Source of the DNA: Bigelowiella natans CCMP2755
Taxonomy: Eukaryota > Protista > Cercozoa
Length of the DNA stretch: 64,000 bases
Direction of reading: 5' to 3'
NCBI GenBank assembly: GCA_000320545.1
Contig: ADNK01002459.1
Coordinates: forward strand, 37,142 to 101,141
The translations under genes were made by a program, and so were the position numbers. Numbering within the stretch: the first letter of the stretch is position 1; every line of letters begins with the position of its first letter. A model generated the notes under the pieces. That model did no database searches. It was not told the DNA's origin and was given only the letters and a program-made list of their open reading frames with translations. Positions 1 to 13,690 of the stretch are shown one piece after another.

Positions 1-482
1 TATATATACATATTATATTATATATAGAAATTTTAGCTTGTGCGCAAGCTGTAGTCTCGCTGTTTTGTGTGGATCGGATGTTTGCTCTAGCGGTGATTTA
101 TTCACTCACGTAATCATCGTAGGCATAGGCACAATGCAATGTATGTCAACTAGTAAAGGACGTGCGTATATATACGCATGTAGCTGTGAAGAATTTTGAT
201 ATGTACGCGTGCGGATGTCATCATCGGTGCCAAAATATTACCATGACGAGCGTTACAAATATGTATATACATATGTAGTCCTAGATACATATAGTACAAA
301 TATGTCGTTGCCGTATGAATAATCGTAGCGTGTGAGCGGCAATTATGTTCACCAATATGATAGACAATTGCGTTTATCATTATTTTTTCATTGTTAACAT
401 TCTCTGGTATTTGGAAATACATCGCTACTTATAGAGCCAATTTGAAAAGGCTGTTTATTTCTGTACATTTCAATCCATTTTT

Positions 483-2285
483 TCAAAATCCAATGCAACA
501 CGCTGCTGCTTGGTTTTCAGGATTGCTTTTGTCGTTATTTACTCCGAGCAGCGAAGACTCTCTGATGGCTTCCACAATCTCCTCAGTATATTCATTCTCA
601 TTCTTGAACTGAAATGATTTGTATAGGTCTCTCTCCACCTTCGACTCATTTAATGTGTGAAACTTACTACACTTGATTTTTGTGGTGCGCACGGGCTTCG
701 GTCTTGGTATGAATGGGGACTTGATCTCCATATTAGCAAGCTTTGCCCAATCGATCACAGCAAAGAAGGGATGGTTTTTAATATCCTGCACACCACCATG
801 GCCTAGTCGCTCTTCAGGTTTGACCTTTAATAGCTTGGAAATTAAGTCCCTTGCATCCTGATCGATATCCTCAGGATAAACCACTTTTGCGACAATACGT
901 TCTTGTTTGGGGTCTTTCCTGGCAATTTGTTGGTCAATCTTCTTACAGCAGAAAGGAGACCAATGTGGAGAAGCATCACCTTGCTTCCCTCTGAATGGTT
1001 TCAGCGGGTCCGGTATTGATCTCGCATACAGCATCGTGTAGACAAGCACGCCCAGCGTCCAGTAATCTGTTGTCTTTCCCAGAGGCAATCGAGACATAAT
1101 CTCTGGCGACCAACATCCTGGGGTCCCAGCTGAGTGACGGATGCATTTCCCATTCTTCGGAAGCTCGATGACAAGACCCAAGTCAGTGATTTTGCAGTGG
1201 CCAGACTCAGTTAGTAACACGTTGGAGGGCTTCAAGTCACGGTACAGATAGCCATGATCATGGATGTGCTGCAGTCCAAGTATCACCTCTGCTGCATAGA
1301 ACCGTGCGCGGGGAAGCGAAAAGGCTGCCTTCTCAAGATGTTGGAGGAGATCGCCACCCGAGCACATCTCAAACACAAGGTGAAGAGCTTGGGTGCTCTG
1401 GAATGCGTAGTTCAAGTTTAAGGCGAATGGACAGCGCATCCTTGACAGCGCGGTCATTTCATTCTTCACGAGCCACCCAAGGTTTTTTTCCCGGATCAAG
1501 GTCTTCGGGATTTCCTTCATTGCAAAGAGGCTTTTGGAGTCCTTCTTTTTGACGGCTACGACACGACCAAACCCCCCTTTTCCGAGCATCTTCACCCGAG
1601 TAAAGTCTTTGAGTGTAACTTTCTTGTCGCTCATGTATTGGAAAAGCTGCACGAATCGGATGAAGCTGGTACTGACCATAAAGAGAGGATATACCGAACG
1701 CAACAATTCGGCTACATATTGGTAGTTCCAATTGAATAGTTGTTTTTTAAATACACCTGTGGAGACGATCTTCTGGGCAACGGGAGCAATGGGTAGGATA
1801 ATGCCTTTTTTGGAGGTGTTCACAAGCTTTGTCATGAGAAGCTCCACCTCATAACCAGGATGCTTGAGTGCTGCCTCAACCCTTTGTAGGTGCTTGAATA
1901 CTAACTCAACATCTGCGCGAGTTGGCGCCGTCTTCATACTGCGATATCTATCAGCTACAGAGAGAAACTGCATCAACGAGCACAGGTTTCGTTTTGCCAG
2001 GAATTCGGTGAAGTAGTACTTGGCGAGTTTATTGGTACAGCATGACTCAAAACTAGGAAAGCGTGTCTTCATATGTGAGATTTTCTTTCCCAATCTCCAA
2101 GAGCTCCTGAGCTTAAAATTAGGTTTCTCATGTGCTCGATGGTGGAAACTGTTGTAGCTGTGGACGAGCATTGTAAATTTGGGTAGATCAGCAGCAGGGG
2201 ACGGTGGAGGAACGCTCGAGCTGAGGGCTACATCGCTGCTGCTAGTAGTAACCTGACGACTGGGCAGAGATTTTCTTTGAACCAT
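483..2285 (-). CDS. RGS-domain AGC Ser/Thr kinase (G-protein-coupled receptor kinase-like), apparently intronless
   Basis: LGKGGFGRV, FAMKEI, YRDLKPSN, ITDLGL (DLG as in GRKs), GTPGCWSPE, AGC C-tail HPFFAVIDW...PFIP. Upstream RGS-like segment (YFTEFLAKRN...FLSVADRYR...YPLFMVSTSF). First ATG at 2285; the ORF track starts at a non-ATG codon at 2447. Ends CCIGF*. Confidence 0.85.
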   Translation of the reverse strand: MVQRKSLPSRQVTTSSSDVALSSSVPPPSPAADLPKFTMLVHSYNSFHHRAHEKPNFKLRSSWRLGKKISHMKTRFPSFESCCTNKLAKYYFTEFLAKRNLCSLMQFLSVADRYRSMKTAPTRADVELVFKHLQRVEAALKHPGYEVELLMTKLVNTSKKGIILPIAPVAQKIVSTGVFKKQLFNWNYQYVAELLRSVYPLFMVSTSFIRFVQLFQYMSDKKVTLKDFTRVKMLGKGGFGRVVAVKKKDSKSLFAMKEIPKTLIREKNLGWLVKNEMTALSRMRCPFALNLNYAFQSTQALHLVFEMCSGGDLLQHLEKAAFSLPRARFYAAEVILGLQHIHDHGYLYRDLKPSNVLLTESGHCKITDLGLVIELPKNGKCIRHSAGTPGCWSPEIMSRLPLGKTTDYWTLGVLVYTMLYARSIPDPLKPFRGKQGDASPHWSPFCCKKIDQQIARKDPKQERIVAKVVYPEDIDQDARDLISKLLKVKPEERLGHGGVQDIKNHPFFAVIDWAKLANMEIKSPFIPRPKPVRTTKIKCSKFHTLNESKVERDLYKSFQFKNENEYTEEIVEAIRESSLLGVNNDKSNPENQAAACCIGF

Positions 2286-2860
2286 TGTCTCAACGGCGAT
2301 AATTATTCCTTTTTTACGACGAGATCCCTGAAAGAGAGGGGAGACGGGGGGGTGAGGACTTGAAATTAGGACCTGTCGAGAGGACAGCTGAAATGTGAAT
2401 CCACGGTTGGAGGAAGCAGTCGCGCGACGACCCATAATTGGAAGCACTTTTTTATGGTAAAATTACCTAATTAGAAACAGATTGTCTTCGCTTCCGAGAA
2501 CAGCAGGCCCCTGGCGGAAAGAGTGTCATCGTGTAGATCTGCTTGCGAAATTGCAAAATTAGATGCGATGACTTACCTGTGGGGCTCTGATCTCACTGAG
2601 TTCCCGAATTTATAATGTCGTACGACGGAAATCGCCTGTCATTCTTCGCGGCGGACGCATTTGTAATGGGTTACAAAGTGTCTTCGTGTTGTTTCAGTAT
2701 GCAATGCAGGCTCGACACTCCTGGGAAATCTATTTTTGAACTCGCATCTCTCACTATTTCTTGGTGTACAAACTAAAAGACAAACGGCATTAACATCCTT
2801 GCCTCCTTGTCGTAAAAGAAAAGTGTCATGAATTTAGATTATTGCGTGGATCTTCGGCAG

Positions 2861-3780
2861 GAAAATAATTTGAATTGTACAAAGTTGAAAAAGTAAGTCA
2901 TTTTTTTAATACATGTTTATCCCGATATGTAACATTTTATTCCTCAATATTACCCTTGTTGTTATTTTCATGCGAGAGAGCAAACACAAGTTAATTTAGA
3001 TAGAAAATATACAGATATTTCCAGTTGGAATGTGTCATTTGTATGAGATATTACCTTGTAACGTGAAAATCTGAAAGTCAACCTGCCACGAATCAGAACT
3101 GGTGTTAATTCCTTCAAGACACAAAGACGTGGCCAGGCACTTGAAGGGTTTTGCGCTTCTTTCTATTTATCACCCTGTTTAGAGCTTTCCAGGATAGTTT
3201 ATATCACATGCTATTGATATGAGCATGCTTCTACCCTTTCAAAAAAAGTGTCGCTGGTCTTTGTCCTGGATAATGGTATGCTGTTTTGGTGGCAAACCTC
3301 GAGAATCCACTATATTTTCGGCTAGATCTGCACCAATATAGTGCAACGTATACATCGCATTAAATTTTTAAATTCATATATCTTCAGGTCAACTGCCCGA
3401 CTCCAGGTTCAACATGGACGGGATCTTGCTCTTCTTACTCTTATTGGTATTTGAATGTCCACTCAAGGAACAATACATGGAAGATTGAGTTCATTTATCT
3501 TTTCAGGCTATCATAATAGCAGCAATGGCCATAATAATGTCGTATAGAAGAAGAGCTATGCGAGGGGAGGATGATATTGAGATGTGGGGTACTCAACGAA
3601 CTGTAATCAGGTCACATTTATGTTGATTCTATTCTTCAGATTTTTCAAATTTGAGGACAAAAAAATCGTCGAATGTTCTTTCACATCAAAAATTTGCTAT
3701 ATTCTAGGCATGAGGGGGGGATATAACAGAATCTTCGAGGTAGAAGCCTCTGTGTCAATGTGTCTAAAATTTCAGAGAAT
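2861..3780 (+). CDS. Putative multi-exon single-pass membrane protein (boundaries uncertain)
   Basis: AG/GT-bounded exons at about 3389-3447 and 3507-3588 encode GQLPDSRFNMDGILLFLLLL and AIIIAAMAIIMSYRRRAMRGEDDIEMW (TM followed by basic stop-transfer residues). Other exons not resolved. Confidence 0.35.
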
Positions 3781-5014
3781 AATGAGTTGGGACTCCAAAA
3801 TTTTTGATCAAGGATTTAAGGTTCATGGCTATTTTGAAATAATTGGAATGATGAATGTTGACTGGGATCTCTACGAGTGGTGCCAGGCTTCCACTAGGAT
3901 GAACAATGTAACATGTATCAGCAGCCGGAACGATCAACCAAATATGCATCCTGCTCACACGATGCATGCTAGCCAGGCACATGATGCTATTAGCGTCAGT
4001 TGCGGCTGGAATGTCGATGATTAGCTCGTTTCTGTAACGGTTGGTCTTCAGGTGCTACGAATTCAATGCCACACTGAGATATGCTATATGTCTTTATGTT
4101 TGTTCGCTTCGTGTCATGATTGAGTGCATCCGCCGCGGTGATGCTTCAGCCCAACTAGCCACGCTAGCACGTGCGCTGCCGCTGGCACGTTGCAGGCTGG
4201 CGTATCATCGCTGCATACATTCTGCAAGCGCACATTAAATCGAAGTCATGATGCATAGTCGTGCGCTGCATTTCATGCGCATGCAAGTGCCCGAAAATGA
4301 CGTTCTAGTCACAACTCTCAGCTCTGCATGCCAGCATGTCTGGCTGCGCAGGCACTCCCTAGCTCCAGCAGGCATTCTAGCTACGACAAATTTCATGCAT
4401 GATGATCGAAAGTCATGACAACAGAAACGATCAAACACAATTTTGAGCGCTGTGCTACACTATGGCTGCACGCACAGGCCGCTGCTTTGCACAGTCACAT
4501 CAGGATAACCATTGAAAGTGTTTTTGATTCCCTAGATTCGTGCGCATGTGTTGCATCCGTCTCACAAGCTCACAAGCACTGCGTCATGTTGTCGCAGCGC
4601 AGCGTGCATGTGCGCGCAGCGCCGCGCTGCATCGCGGCGGTGCTTGCCTTTCGACACTGCGCCTTTTTCATCAGAACACTGTGCACGAAGACACGAAGAC
4701 ACCGCCTCCGAAATGGGGCAGAGCCCTTGAAGATCATGCCGCGTGCGCATGTGGCGAACGTGTGCAGTTCAATTTTGCATGCACGCATGTGTCCTCAACA
4801 TCACATGTGGTTTCTAATGTTGGACGATGAGCACCGTTTGACAATTGAATCGATACTAGCATCGATGATGAAAGAGGCAATTAAATCGATACTAGTGTCA
4901 CATCGATGATGAAAGAGTCAAACACCACAACTCCACAACCACCACCACAGCCTTGAAAAACAACTTGTGGGGTCATCGTTGTTGAGTTAGAGTGGTTCTT
5001 TGTTTTGTTAGCTG

Positions 5015-7263
5015 TCATCTAGAGCTTTCCATCATAGCGCCCATGGTTGTAGCTACCTCCGCTTCTATGGTTTCCTTCTTCTTATTATCCTTGCTGTTTC
5101 CCCCCGGCTGTCGTGGGCCATGGGTCAGCTTCGGGCTGCTGATTGTGGTCTTAGTGCCTGTCACGTTGCTGATCTTCGGTGACTGGAGCGTAGGATTTGC
5201 AGTGCCTGGAGAGGGGTATGAAAGATTCATGAAAGAAGAGGGAGTGAAGTTGCCTGGCTGGGCTACGGGAATTTGATTGGCACTCTTTCCAGAACCAGGT
5301 TGCGTCCACACAGGTGATATTTCTGTTAGTCCTGAAGGCAATCCCCCGGACGTAAGCGGGGGCAGGCCAGCCGAACTAAGTGGTCTGTTGCAGGGATGTC
5401 GAGCCGAGCCCAGAACAGAAGGGGGAGCATTTGCTGATTCTGCTGAACTTAGCTCCACCACCTTTCTGTTCGGCTTTCCTAGGGACGAAAGATTGAGGGA
5501 TTCTGGGATGGAGGAGAGAACGTGCAGTCAGTACAAATTTTGGTATTTAAAAACGTTTTTTAGTTATTTGATTCACGTACTTAGTTGCTGGCCACGGCGA
5601 AGGCTCAACGGTTTCTTTTGATCTATGTTTGGGCTTTTTGCCTGGGCGCCAGAAGCCTCCATCGTGCTGGTTACAGATACTGCTGCTGTAGACGTAGAAG
5701 CTTCAGGGTGTCCAGGAATACGGTTAAAAGATTGCATTTTGCCGTTCGGATTCGTCTAAAGGGGTAAATGTAATTAATATTAACAACACTTAACAATTAA
5801 ATCTTTATAAGGGATCCTCCCAATTCAATTATGTGGTGGAATATTGGCATCATCATAATTATTATATCATTATCAGCGCAACTACCGGAGTGAATCTCCA
5901 ACCAAAAGGGGAGAGGGAAGTTTGCTCCCCAAACGACTGACTGACTTGCTGCGAGTCTGTGCTGAAGAAGGAGGAAGGGGAGGGGGGGACCCTTGGCGCA
6001 CCTGGTTGGGCTGCCGGTGTCGCAAAGATGGTAGTGGGGGTGGTTGTGGTAGGAGTCTGCTGTATAGTCGCTTGGCCAGCTGTTGCCGTTATGAGTGGTT
6101 GAACACCGTTGATGAGTTGCTGGTTGGCAGCACCATCATCTTTGGGATCTGGGATTACGACTTGTCTAATCGAGGGCGTAAACTTGCGTTTTTGTAAGAG
6201 ACTCGTCCCACTTCCTCGTGCTTGAGCACCGCTTGACGACGACGCACTTGACGCCCTATTGAAGCCCTGGAGGTTGTGGGGGTCAGTCAGCGAGCTGCCC
6301 TTCACGTCAGCAGAAGAATTTTGCAGGAAGTTCTGATTATTTGAGTGAAATTATGGTGAGTGGAGAAAACATGACATATCATATCCATGGGCCTACTTCT
6401 ATTTGCTTTGGCGTAAAAGTAGACTATACATAAACTCTACATACAGTGCGTCCTTCAACGTTAGGACTGGAAATTAGAGCGTGGACACGCTGCCTCTTTG
6501 TAGGCATCCCTCCTTGGTTTTGCAGCTGTCGTATGAACCTCTGTTGGGCCTGTTGAAAGGGCAGCCTTGCTGCTGCTGCTTCTGCCGCTGCCATTTGTCT
6601 CTGGAATTCGACAGGATCCGCGTTTAAAGCTGGAAAAGGGGGTGGTGCTGCGTGCATGATATTGTTATTGCTTCGGCGTCCGCAGTGGTGGCAGGGGAGG
6701 CTCCTCAACTTTTCCTTTTTTCCACTTCCCTTGAACGAACTTGCTCGTCCAGGCTGGAGATGGTAGATCTGGTTTTGGATTGAGGGTTATCAATTAGCGG
6801 AATGATACTTCATAATTAAAAAATGAAACAAGTAGCGAAGTCCAAGAAAAGGTTATCAAGCATGATGTGTACTATGAGGCAGCATGTATAGAGCTAGACA
6901 TAATGTTTAACCACGATTACAAATTACATCGTTATTATCGAGATTCTCGTAGCTACCCTCGAAATCATGATACCTGTTTGGTAGAATATGTCAGACAACG
7001 CGAAATACAATTCAGTAGGGGAAAACAATTTTAGCAGGGGGGGAAACAATTTCATCCACCTTCGGATTAGGTCATCAATATTCGAACTGGAATATATATT
7101 CATTTTGTCGTCGAAGAAGACCATTAGGCCAACCTCACAGCCGCAGAGAATCGAAAGTTCCATTGCTGTAAAGAAAAGCTAAGATTACTTGGAAACCATA
7201 AAGAGTATAACTCCAAGCTCCTCCATAAAATATATACTAAAACCTTTTATTTTTTAAGTAACA

Positions 7264-7314
<51 letters not shown>

Positions 7315-7600
7315 GCGTGTAGCATTTCTAGAACTCAACGGTCTGATAGCATCGGGCGGGAAGTTTTAATGAGAGAGAAATACCTTTCTTCATCAGACCC
7401 ACTCTTCTTTTGTTGAACGTGACCTGGAATTAGAATGTAATCAGTTTAAAGTCTAAGGCTAGGTGCCACTGATATTAGAATGTGATTAATCTTAAGTCCA
7501 AAGCTTGGTGTCGTAAAAGGGTTGTAAAAGCAAGAGTTCTTCATTACATGACGATTCTTCTCTGAAGAGATCTTCTTGATATCAATCTTTTTCCTTCCCA
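5015..7600 (-). CDS. MEF2-type MADS-box transcription factor (multi-exon)
   Basis: Exons at about 7600-7548, 7423-7384, 7165-7060 and 6973-6928 splice to (M)GRKKIDIKKISSEKNRH|VTFNKRRVGLMKK|AMELSILCGCEVGLMVFFDDKMNIYSSSNIDDLIRR|YHDFEGSYENLDNND (MADS plus MEF2 domain). Q/P/S/T-rich C-terminal exons run to the stop at 5015. Confidence 0.9.
7267..7320. repeat. (TG)n microsatellite in a MADS gene intron
   Basis: Direct reading. Confidence 0.95.
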
Positions 7601-8781
7601 CTGAAAACAAAACACCAATCAGGCTCGTACGAATCATAAAGATATAAAATCATGTTTATAAAAGCACACAGGGCAAAGGCCACACAGGCAAGTTGTACTT
7701 GTCACAGGAAGTCGCTTCTGAAGCGTGTGATTTGTGATCGCAACTAGAAACAAAATAAGAAGACAACTTGACTTAGTTTGAAGTAAAACAGCAATCTCCC
7801 ATATGGTACAGAAATAGAAACTCCAGGATAATCATAGGTTCTCTCTCTCTTGTTACTTTGTAGCGAGGGTGCTGGACGAGACTGGATGGTAATGGGTTGT
7901 AATGGGTTGCCTTGCTTTTTGGATTCTGAGAAGCGAGGCTCTCTTTCCAAAACACGGGTGGTTGCAACACGCACAATTTCGTGATTTTATCTCAGATGTT
8001 CAGAGAAAATGCTTACGATTTTCCCCATATTCAAATTCGGTATGTTGTCGCAGTGCGAAACATTACGGCGTCCAAGAAACAGTAAGTTTTCTGAATAGTG
8101 GTGCGCTCTTCCAAATTTAAATCTGCCTAAAAAAATCCGGCTCTCAATTTTGATTTCAGATTTTCTTGAAGTCCTCTGAATAGGAAAATACATGGAGTTA
8201 ATTAATTGAATGCCCCAGCAGTCCTGTCGTTCACGAATTTTGATTTACATTTATGCATGTTCTGCATTAAAAAAAAGGTGCTATTGTCGGTGGACAAATT
8301 CTTCGTACTGATGGAGCTGGTTTTAAGTCAAACAATCTGAAAAAGCATTATTAACGATACGAAGTTCAATACTCCACAAACAAAATCTTGTATCTATTTA
8401 TAGCAAAAATTTGTATTTTTTTTGGTGATTGTTGTGTTTTGCGAACTTTGAATCTTTTTAGGCAAATTGGATGGGCAATGCTATCTGGAGCTCTGTTCAG
8501 ATGCGAACTTCCAAAACTCAATGCATTTTTTCATTTTCGTGATTCTTGAACACTGAAAAAATCAGACTCATGATCGCAAACGCTGTTTAGGGTGGGACGG
8601 AATTGGACACAAACTTGACCCAATTTTTTCAAAGTGCAGCGAAAGACCAAGGTGCAATGTCCGTTTGCAAGAGTCGAACATCTCCTCCTGCCAGGTCTCT
8701 GCATTGTCTTTGGTTCCGTTCTTAGCAAACACTTTGGTTGGTCTTTTTTTCGTACTGGAAACTTCCTGGGGTCTTATGAAT

Positions 8782-8922
8782 CTGTCCGACGTGTCCGAAT
8801 GTGTCCGAAGATTATAGTTATTATGTCCCTTAGAATTTCCGAAGGTGTCCGAAGATGTATATATGTGTCCGAAGATGACCTATAATATTATGTCCGAATA
8901 CTGTCCGTATGTTGTCGTCCGA
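8782..8922 (+). repeat. Cluster of degenerate TGTCCGA(A) direct repeats in the divergent MADS/LCY intergenic region
   Basis: About 9 copies of (tg)tccga in 140 bp, plus one more near 9087. Confidence 0.75.
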
Positions 8923-9484
8923 AAAATGATGTAGAATTTTATGTCTCATATATTCCCTCAAAACAGGGACTCCAAAACAGCGGCAGGAAGTGTGAACGAG
9001 GTGGCAACGGGGCAGAAGGACAAGTGCCAGACGAGGGAGTTTTGGAGTCTGCGACAACATTTTTTTTCAAAATTCCTTCCCAACCAGTGTCCGATGCTTT
9101 TTTTTCTGAAGTTGCTGAAAACATGATGTCGCTGCCATGTGTTCTCCTTGAGATTCTACGTGTGTTTCAGCGGCGCTCTAAAGGCTCTTTTTGTGGATGT
9201 GAGTGCGCTGTTTTCCTGCAACTGTGTTGTTGCCAAAAGAGGGACGCTGCTCGGCCGACCGGGCAAGATGATCGGCGATAAGAAATCCGTTTCTACTTAA
9301 TACGGAATATATCTGAATAATTCTGTCCTAAAACAAAACCATACGACAAAATGGCCACCCACCGGCCCCTACCTTTCAGGCCCAGGTAGTATACGTTCGA
9401 TGAAGCCTACACCTCGCACCTTGTATTTATCAAACATATACTTTATTTTAAGTTTCGTGTAAGCTTTTGCCTTTTCGAAATGCA

Positions 9485-10323
9485 ATGGGAAAAGAGAGAA
9501 AGGTCTCGGGGGGCGTTAATGACTGTTGCCTGATTAGGTCGGCCGCTCCTTCACTTGGCCCTCTTGGTTTAGCACTGTTTCTTGTCTCTGGAGTGTTTAT
9601 TACTCTGGGGGGGGTGAAAAGGGGGCAGGGGATCACAGATTTGGGGAGCAAGCCGGCTATTAGGACGAGAAATACAATTGCTTCACCATCGTCGTTGTCA
9701 AGACCAGCGACCCATGCCGCTCGAAACGCGATTCCCCAGCCATGGCGAACGTCTCCAATATCTGCCAACCAAAAACGAAGATGGCAATCGTCGTCACCTG
9801 TTTCTTTTGCGCAGCTTGAGGGAAGCGCAGAAGGCGGAGGCGAGGTGCAGGAAGGCCTAGAAAAGAAGAACATGCCGGAACAGCTTGATTTCGAGAGCGA
9901 ACTTAAACCGTTTTCCTACGGCAAGGATACCGAGAACGCCTTTGACCTCCTCGTCGTAGGATGCGGCCCCGCTGGCTTAGGAGTTGCAGATGAGGCAGCA
10001 AGGAGAGGTCTCAAAGTCGGTGTTGTTGACCCGAACCCTCTCCAGAGATGGCCGAACAACTACGGCGTTTGGGTCGACGAATTCGAACAGATGGGGCATG
10101 AAGACTGCTTTCTCCGTACCTGGGACAGCGCACAAGTCATAACAAAGCAGGATGAAATCCATAAGCCTACACGTTTATATCGGCCGTATGCTCAAGTTGA
10201 CCGCGACAAGCTCAAGAAGAAGCTGCTTGCTCGCGCTACCGACTATGGGGCGGAATTTAAGACGGGTATTGCTAATATAAATATAGGATTCCTTCTGCCG
10301 AACAATTCATTGCTATACTTATA

Positions 10324-10410
<87 letters not shown>

Positions 10411-11159
10411 TTGCTGCTCATCCCCCCATCCAGGAGCCGTGTCAGGTGTGGATCACGAATTTGACGTATCAATCGTCCGCGTTGGGAAAGAAAACGTCTT
10501 TGCAAGACAGGTGCATGGTGGTAGTTTTTGCCTTCCTTTCTACCAGTCGCAACACGAGTATAACACAGTGGGAGATGAAGATGAAGAAGAGGAGGAGGAG
10601 GAGGAAAAAGAGAGGGAGGGAGGAAAATCGGCAGTAATTCATTGGCGGCAGCGCAAACGCACCCGTCGTCACATATTATACAATATATATATATATATAT
10701 TGATGCACAAACACAGGTGCTAGATGCCACAGGGCATCTCCGCAAGCTAGTTGAATTCGAGCGCGAATTCACACCAGGCTACCAGGCCGCTTATGGGGCT
10801 ACGTTGGTGGTTGATAGCCATCCGTATGACCTTGATTCGATGATGTTCATGGACTGGCGTGACGATCATCTGGATGAAGAACTCAAAGCACGAAATGATA
10901 GGCTACCGACATTTCTATATGTCATGCCTTATACGAGGAATAAGATATTCGTGGAGGAAACATCCCTTGTTGCGCGCCCATTCGTGCCTTTTGACGATCT
11001 CAAGCAGAGGTAATGCTGGGTTACTCATGCATTCTATAAGATGCATGCAGCAGCTTCGTGTAGAAAGAAAATGGGCAATGCAATATCGAGAGTTGTATGT
11101 CCTCTAAGTTCCTCCCTCTTCCTCTCTTTCCGTACTTCCTCTAGATCTTGCCGCACTTC

Positions 11160-11193
<34 letters not shown>

Positions 11194-13657
11194 TATCATT
11201 GTGCTGCTGCTGCATATCTTCCTGATTAATCAGGCTGCAGCAACGATTGAGCAAGATGGGCATCGTGGTGCGTGAAGTGGAAGATGAGGAGTACTGCCTA
11301 ATCCCAATGGGAGGAGTGTTACCGAAGCTGCCTCAAAGAGTGCTAGGGATCGGTGGGACTGCGGGCATGGTCCACCCTGCTACGGTACACGACAAAACGA
11401 ACAACTAAATGCATCATTATCACCACAGCAGCAGCGGCGAGAGCGCCAGAGGAGACATTCTTATTGTAGCAGTAGTGGCGGTGGCAGTAGTAGTAGTAGT
11501 AGTAGTAGTAGTAGTTAGGGTGTGAGGAGAGACGCATAGCGGAACATGCTCCCCGACCTTGCAGCTGCAGTTATGAGAAAGTTTCAATGTGTTAGCTGAT
11601 TTATGACCGACGACATGTTAAATCAAAACATTATCGGCAGTTGGGGAAGCAATAGGGGGGTGAGGACAACGCACTTTTAGTTGTTAAATCAAATACGGCA
11701 GGTTGTACCTCACTTGTACTCCTCTTTCTCTTTCTCTTTCTCCCCCCCCTCTATAGGGCTACATGGTGTCAAAGTCGTTGCTACAGGCCCCCACACTTGT
11801 AGACGCTATCATACGGGGATTTGAACAATCGTCGTCGTCGTCTTCCGCCTCCAGCCCTTCAACAATGAACGCCACAGATGTCTCCGTAGGGGTATGGAGC
11901 TCGATTTGGCCGGAAGAGGACCGACGGCAGCGCACATTCATGTGTTTCGGAATGGAGATTCTTATGCAGCTTGACTCCAAAACAACACGTCGATTCTTTG
12001 AAACCTTCTTCCGCTTGCCACAGGAGATGTGGGGTACGACTACCTAGTTTCCATGCTACTATTTTCTGGATATTAGCAGCATCTTCTCACGAATTTTTTC
12101 GTGTTTGATTTACACCATCAAATTCTGTTGTAAGCAGCTTGTCTTCTTTGTTGTTGTAAAATAAGCAATAATCCCACCACAAAAACGCAAGTTTCACGGG
12201 TTTCACTTTCGCGGGGAGGTGGTTTCCCCCCATGTCTAAAGAAAAACCATACTTTTATTGGTGGTGGTGATTCTAGATGACGATCTCCGTGTTGTTGCAG
12301 CACATAAGTCATCTTTTGTTTGGACCTTTGTCATAGTTTTGACAACAATTCACCACTAATTCTTCTCTCTCCTCCTCCTCTAAGGTGGGTTTCTCTCGTG
12401 GCGAATATCGTCAATGGGACTACTTGGAATCGGCTTGTCCATATTCCGCACTGCTTCCAACCGACTTCGATGTGCGTGCTGTATATCGTCTGTGTGTTTG
12501 TGTGCGTGCTACGGATCCAAAATGTAAAATACGTTTCGGCCTTGCTTGCATGCAAGCCAGAGTGTTGTGTTTGCAATTATCTCTTCGATCCTTGGTATCT
12601 TCCTCCTCCTCCTCCTCCTCCCGCTTCCTCTATCTTCCTCTCATCTGTGCGATTTATAGCGCTCTGAAAAACTCACATGATCACTGCAACTGCTGCTACA
12701 ATATATCTTACCCCAATATTCCAGTCGATTTCGTTCGGAACGCTCTTCCTTTCATGCCATCGTTCATCAAGACGTTTGCTACCGCCAGTAACGATTTTAA
12801 CTCAGAAGCATGGTCTGGAATCATGGATTTGGCCAACAGCGTAAGTCACTTAAAGCAGCAGCAGCAGCAGCAGCAGCAGGAGGAGGAGGAGGAGGAGGGG
12901 CACATTCGAGTCTTAAATAGTATTTTTTTGAAATATTCTCTATGCTTTCCCCCTCTCCCCCCTTCAAACGGATTTTGACTTCTTCGTTGGCAGCTCTGGA
13001 ATGTTCCTGGAGGAGGCATCTACCCACATGATCTGGTAGGCGCACTTCCGAGCGGAACTAAGGGTGAAAATCCTACAAAAAAACCCATACGATCAAGCAA
13101 CATTGACTTCGCAAAGCTGATGGAAGAGGTGCAGGGAGAGGGGACCATTAGAAGCAAAGTTGAAAGTCAGAAACGCCCCAACGACGAGTCAAACGGTGGC
13201 GACGGTACTGGCAAAAAGGATGGGAGCAAAGGGATTGGTATAGATGCCTCGAAGCTGGTTCTGAGCCAGGTCAACCATGCAATGCTGTGCGGCATCGTTA
13301 CCTCATCCTGCCCTCTAATCAATCCCGAATCACACGATGATTTCGTTCTTTTGTTGGCACTATTGCGCTGCTATGTCTGTCTCTTTTTTGATCTTCTCAC
13401 TTCACCACGATACCTTGCAACCATTACCAGGTCCCTTACCTGCAGGAAGGCCCTCCAAGCACCCCCCCCGCAGATTTGAGAGAACTAAAGAGCGCGTCTT
13501 CATGGACGGATGACCGCGAGTGGATTCGATACCAGCAGGAAAAGCTGTTTGATGAGCAGCCCAAGCTCGTCGAGTCCCTCCCCCCTCTCAACCCCAATGA
13601 TGAGGTGCGAACGTCGTTTTCTTCTGTCGGATATGGAAAGAGATAGCAAAGGCTCTA

Positions 13658-13690
<33 letters not shown>

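Noticed and set aside
4041-4909. Stack of overlapping Cys/His/Ala-rich ORFs on both strands (also 29619-30376, 54205-55629)
   Set aside because: Expected by-product of TpA loss removing TAA and most TAG stops; no recognisable domain or splice structure.
8782-8922. CRISPR-like array
   Set aside because: Repeats of only about 7-9 bp with irregular spacers, eukaryotic context, no cas genes.
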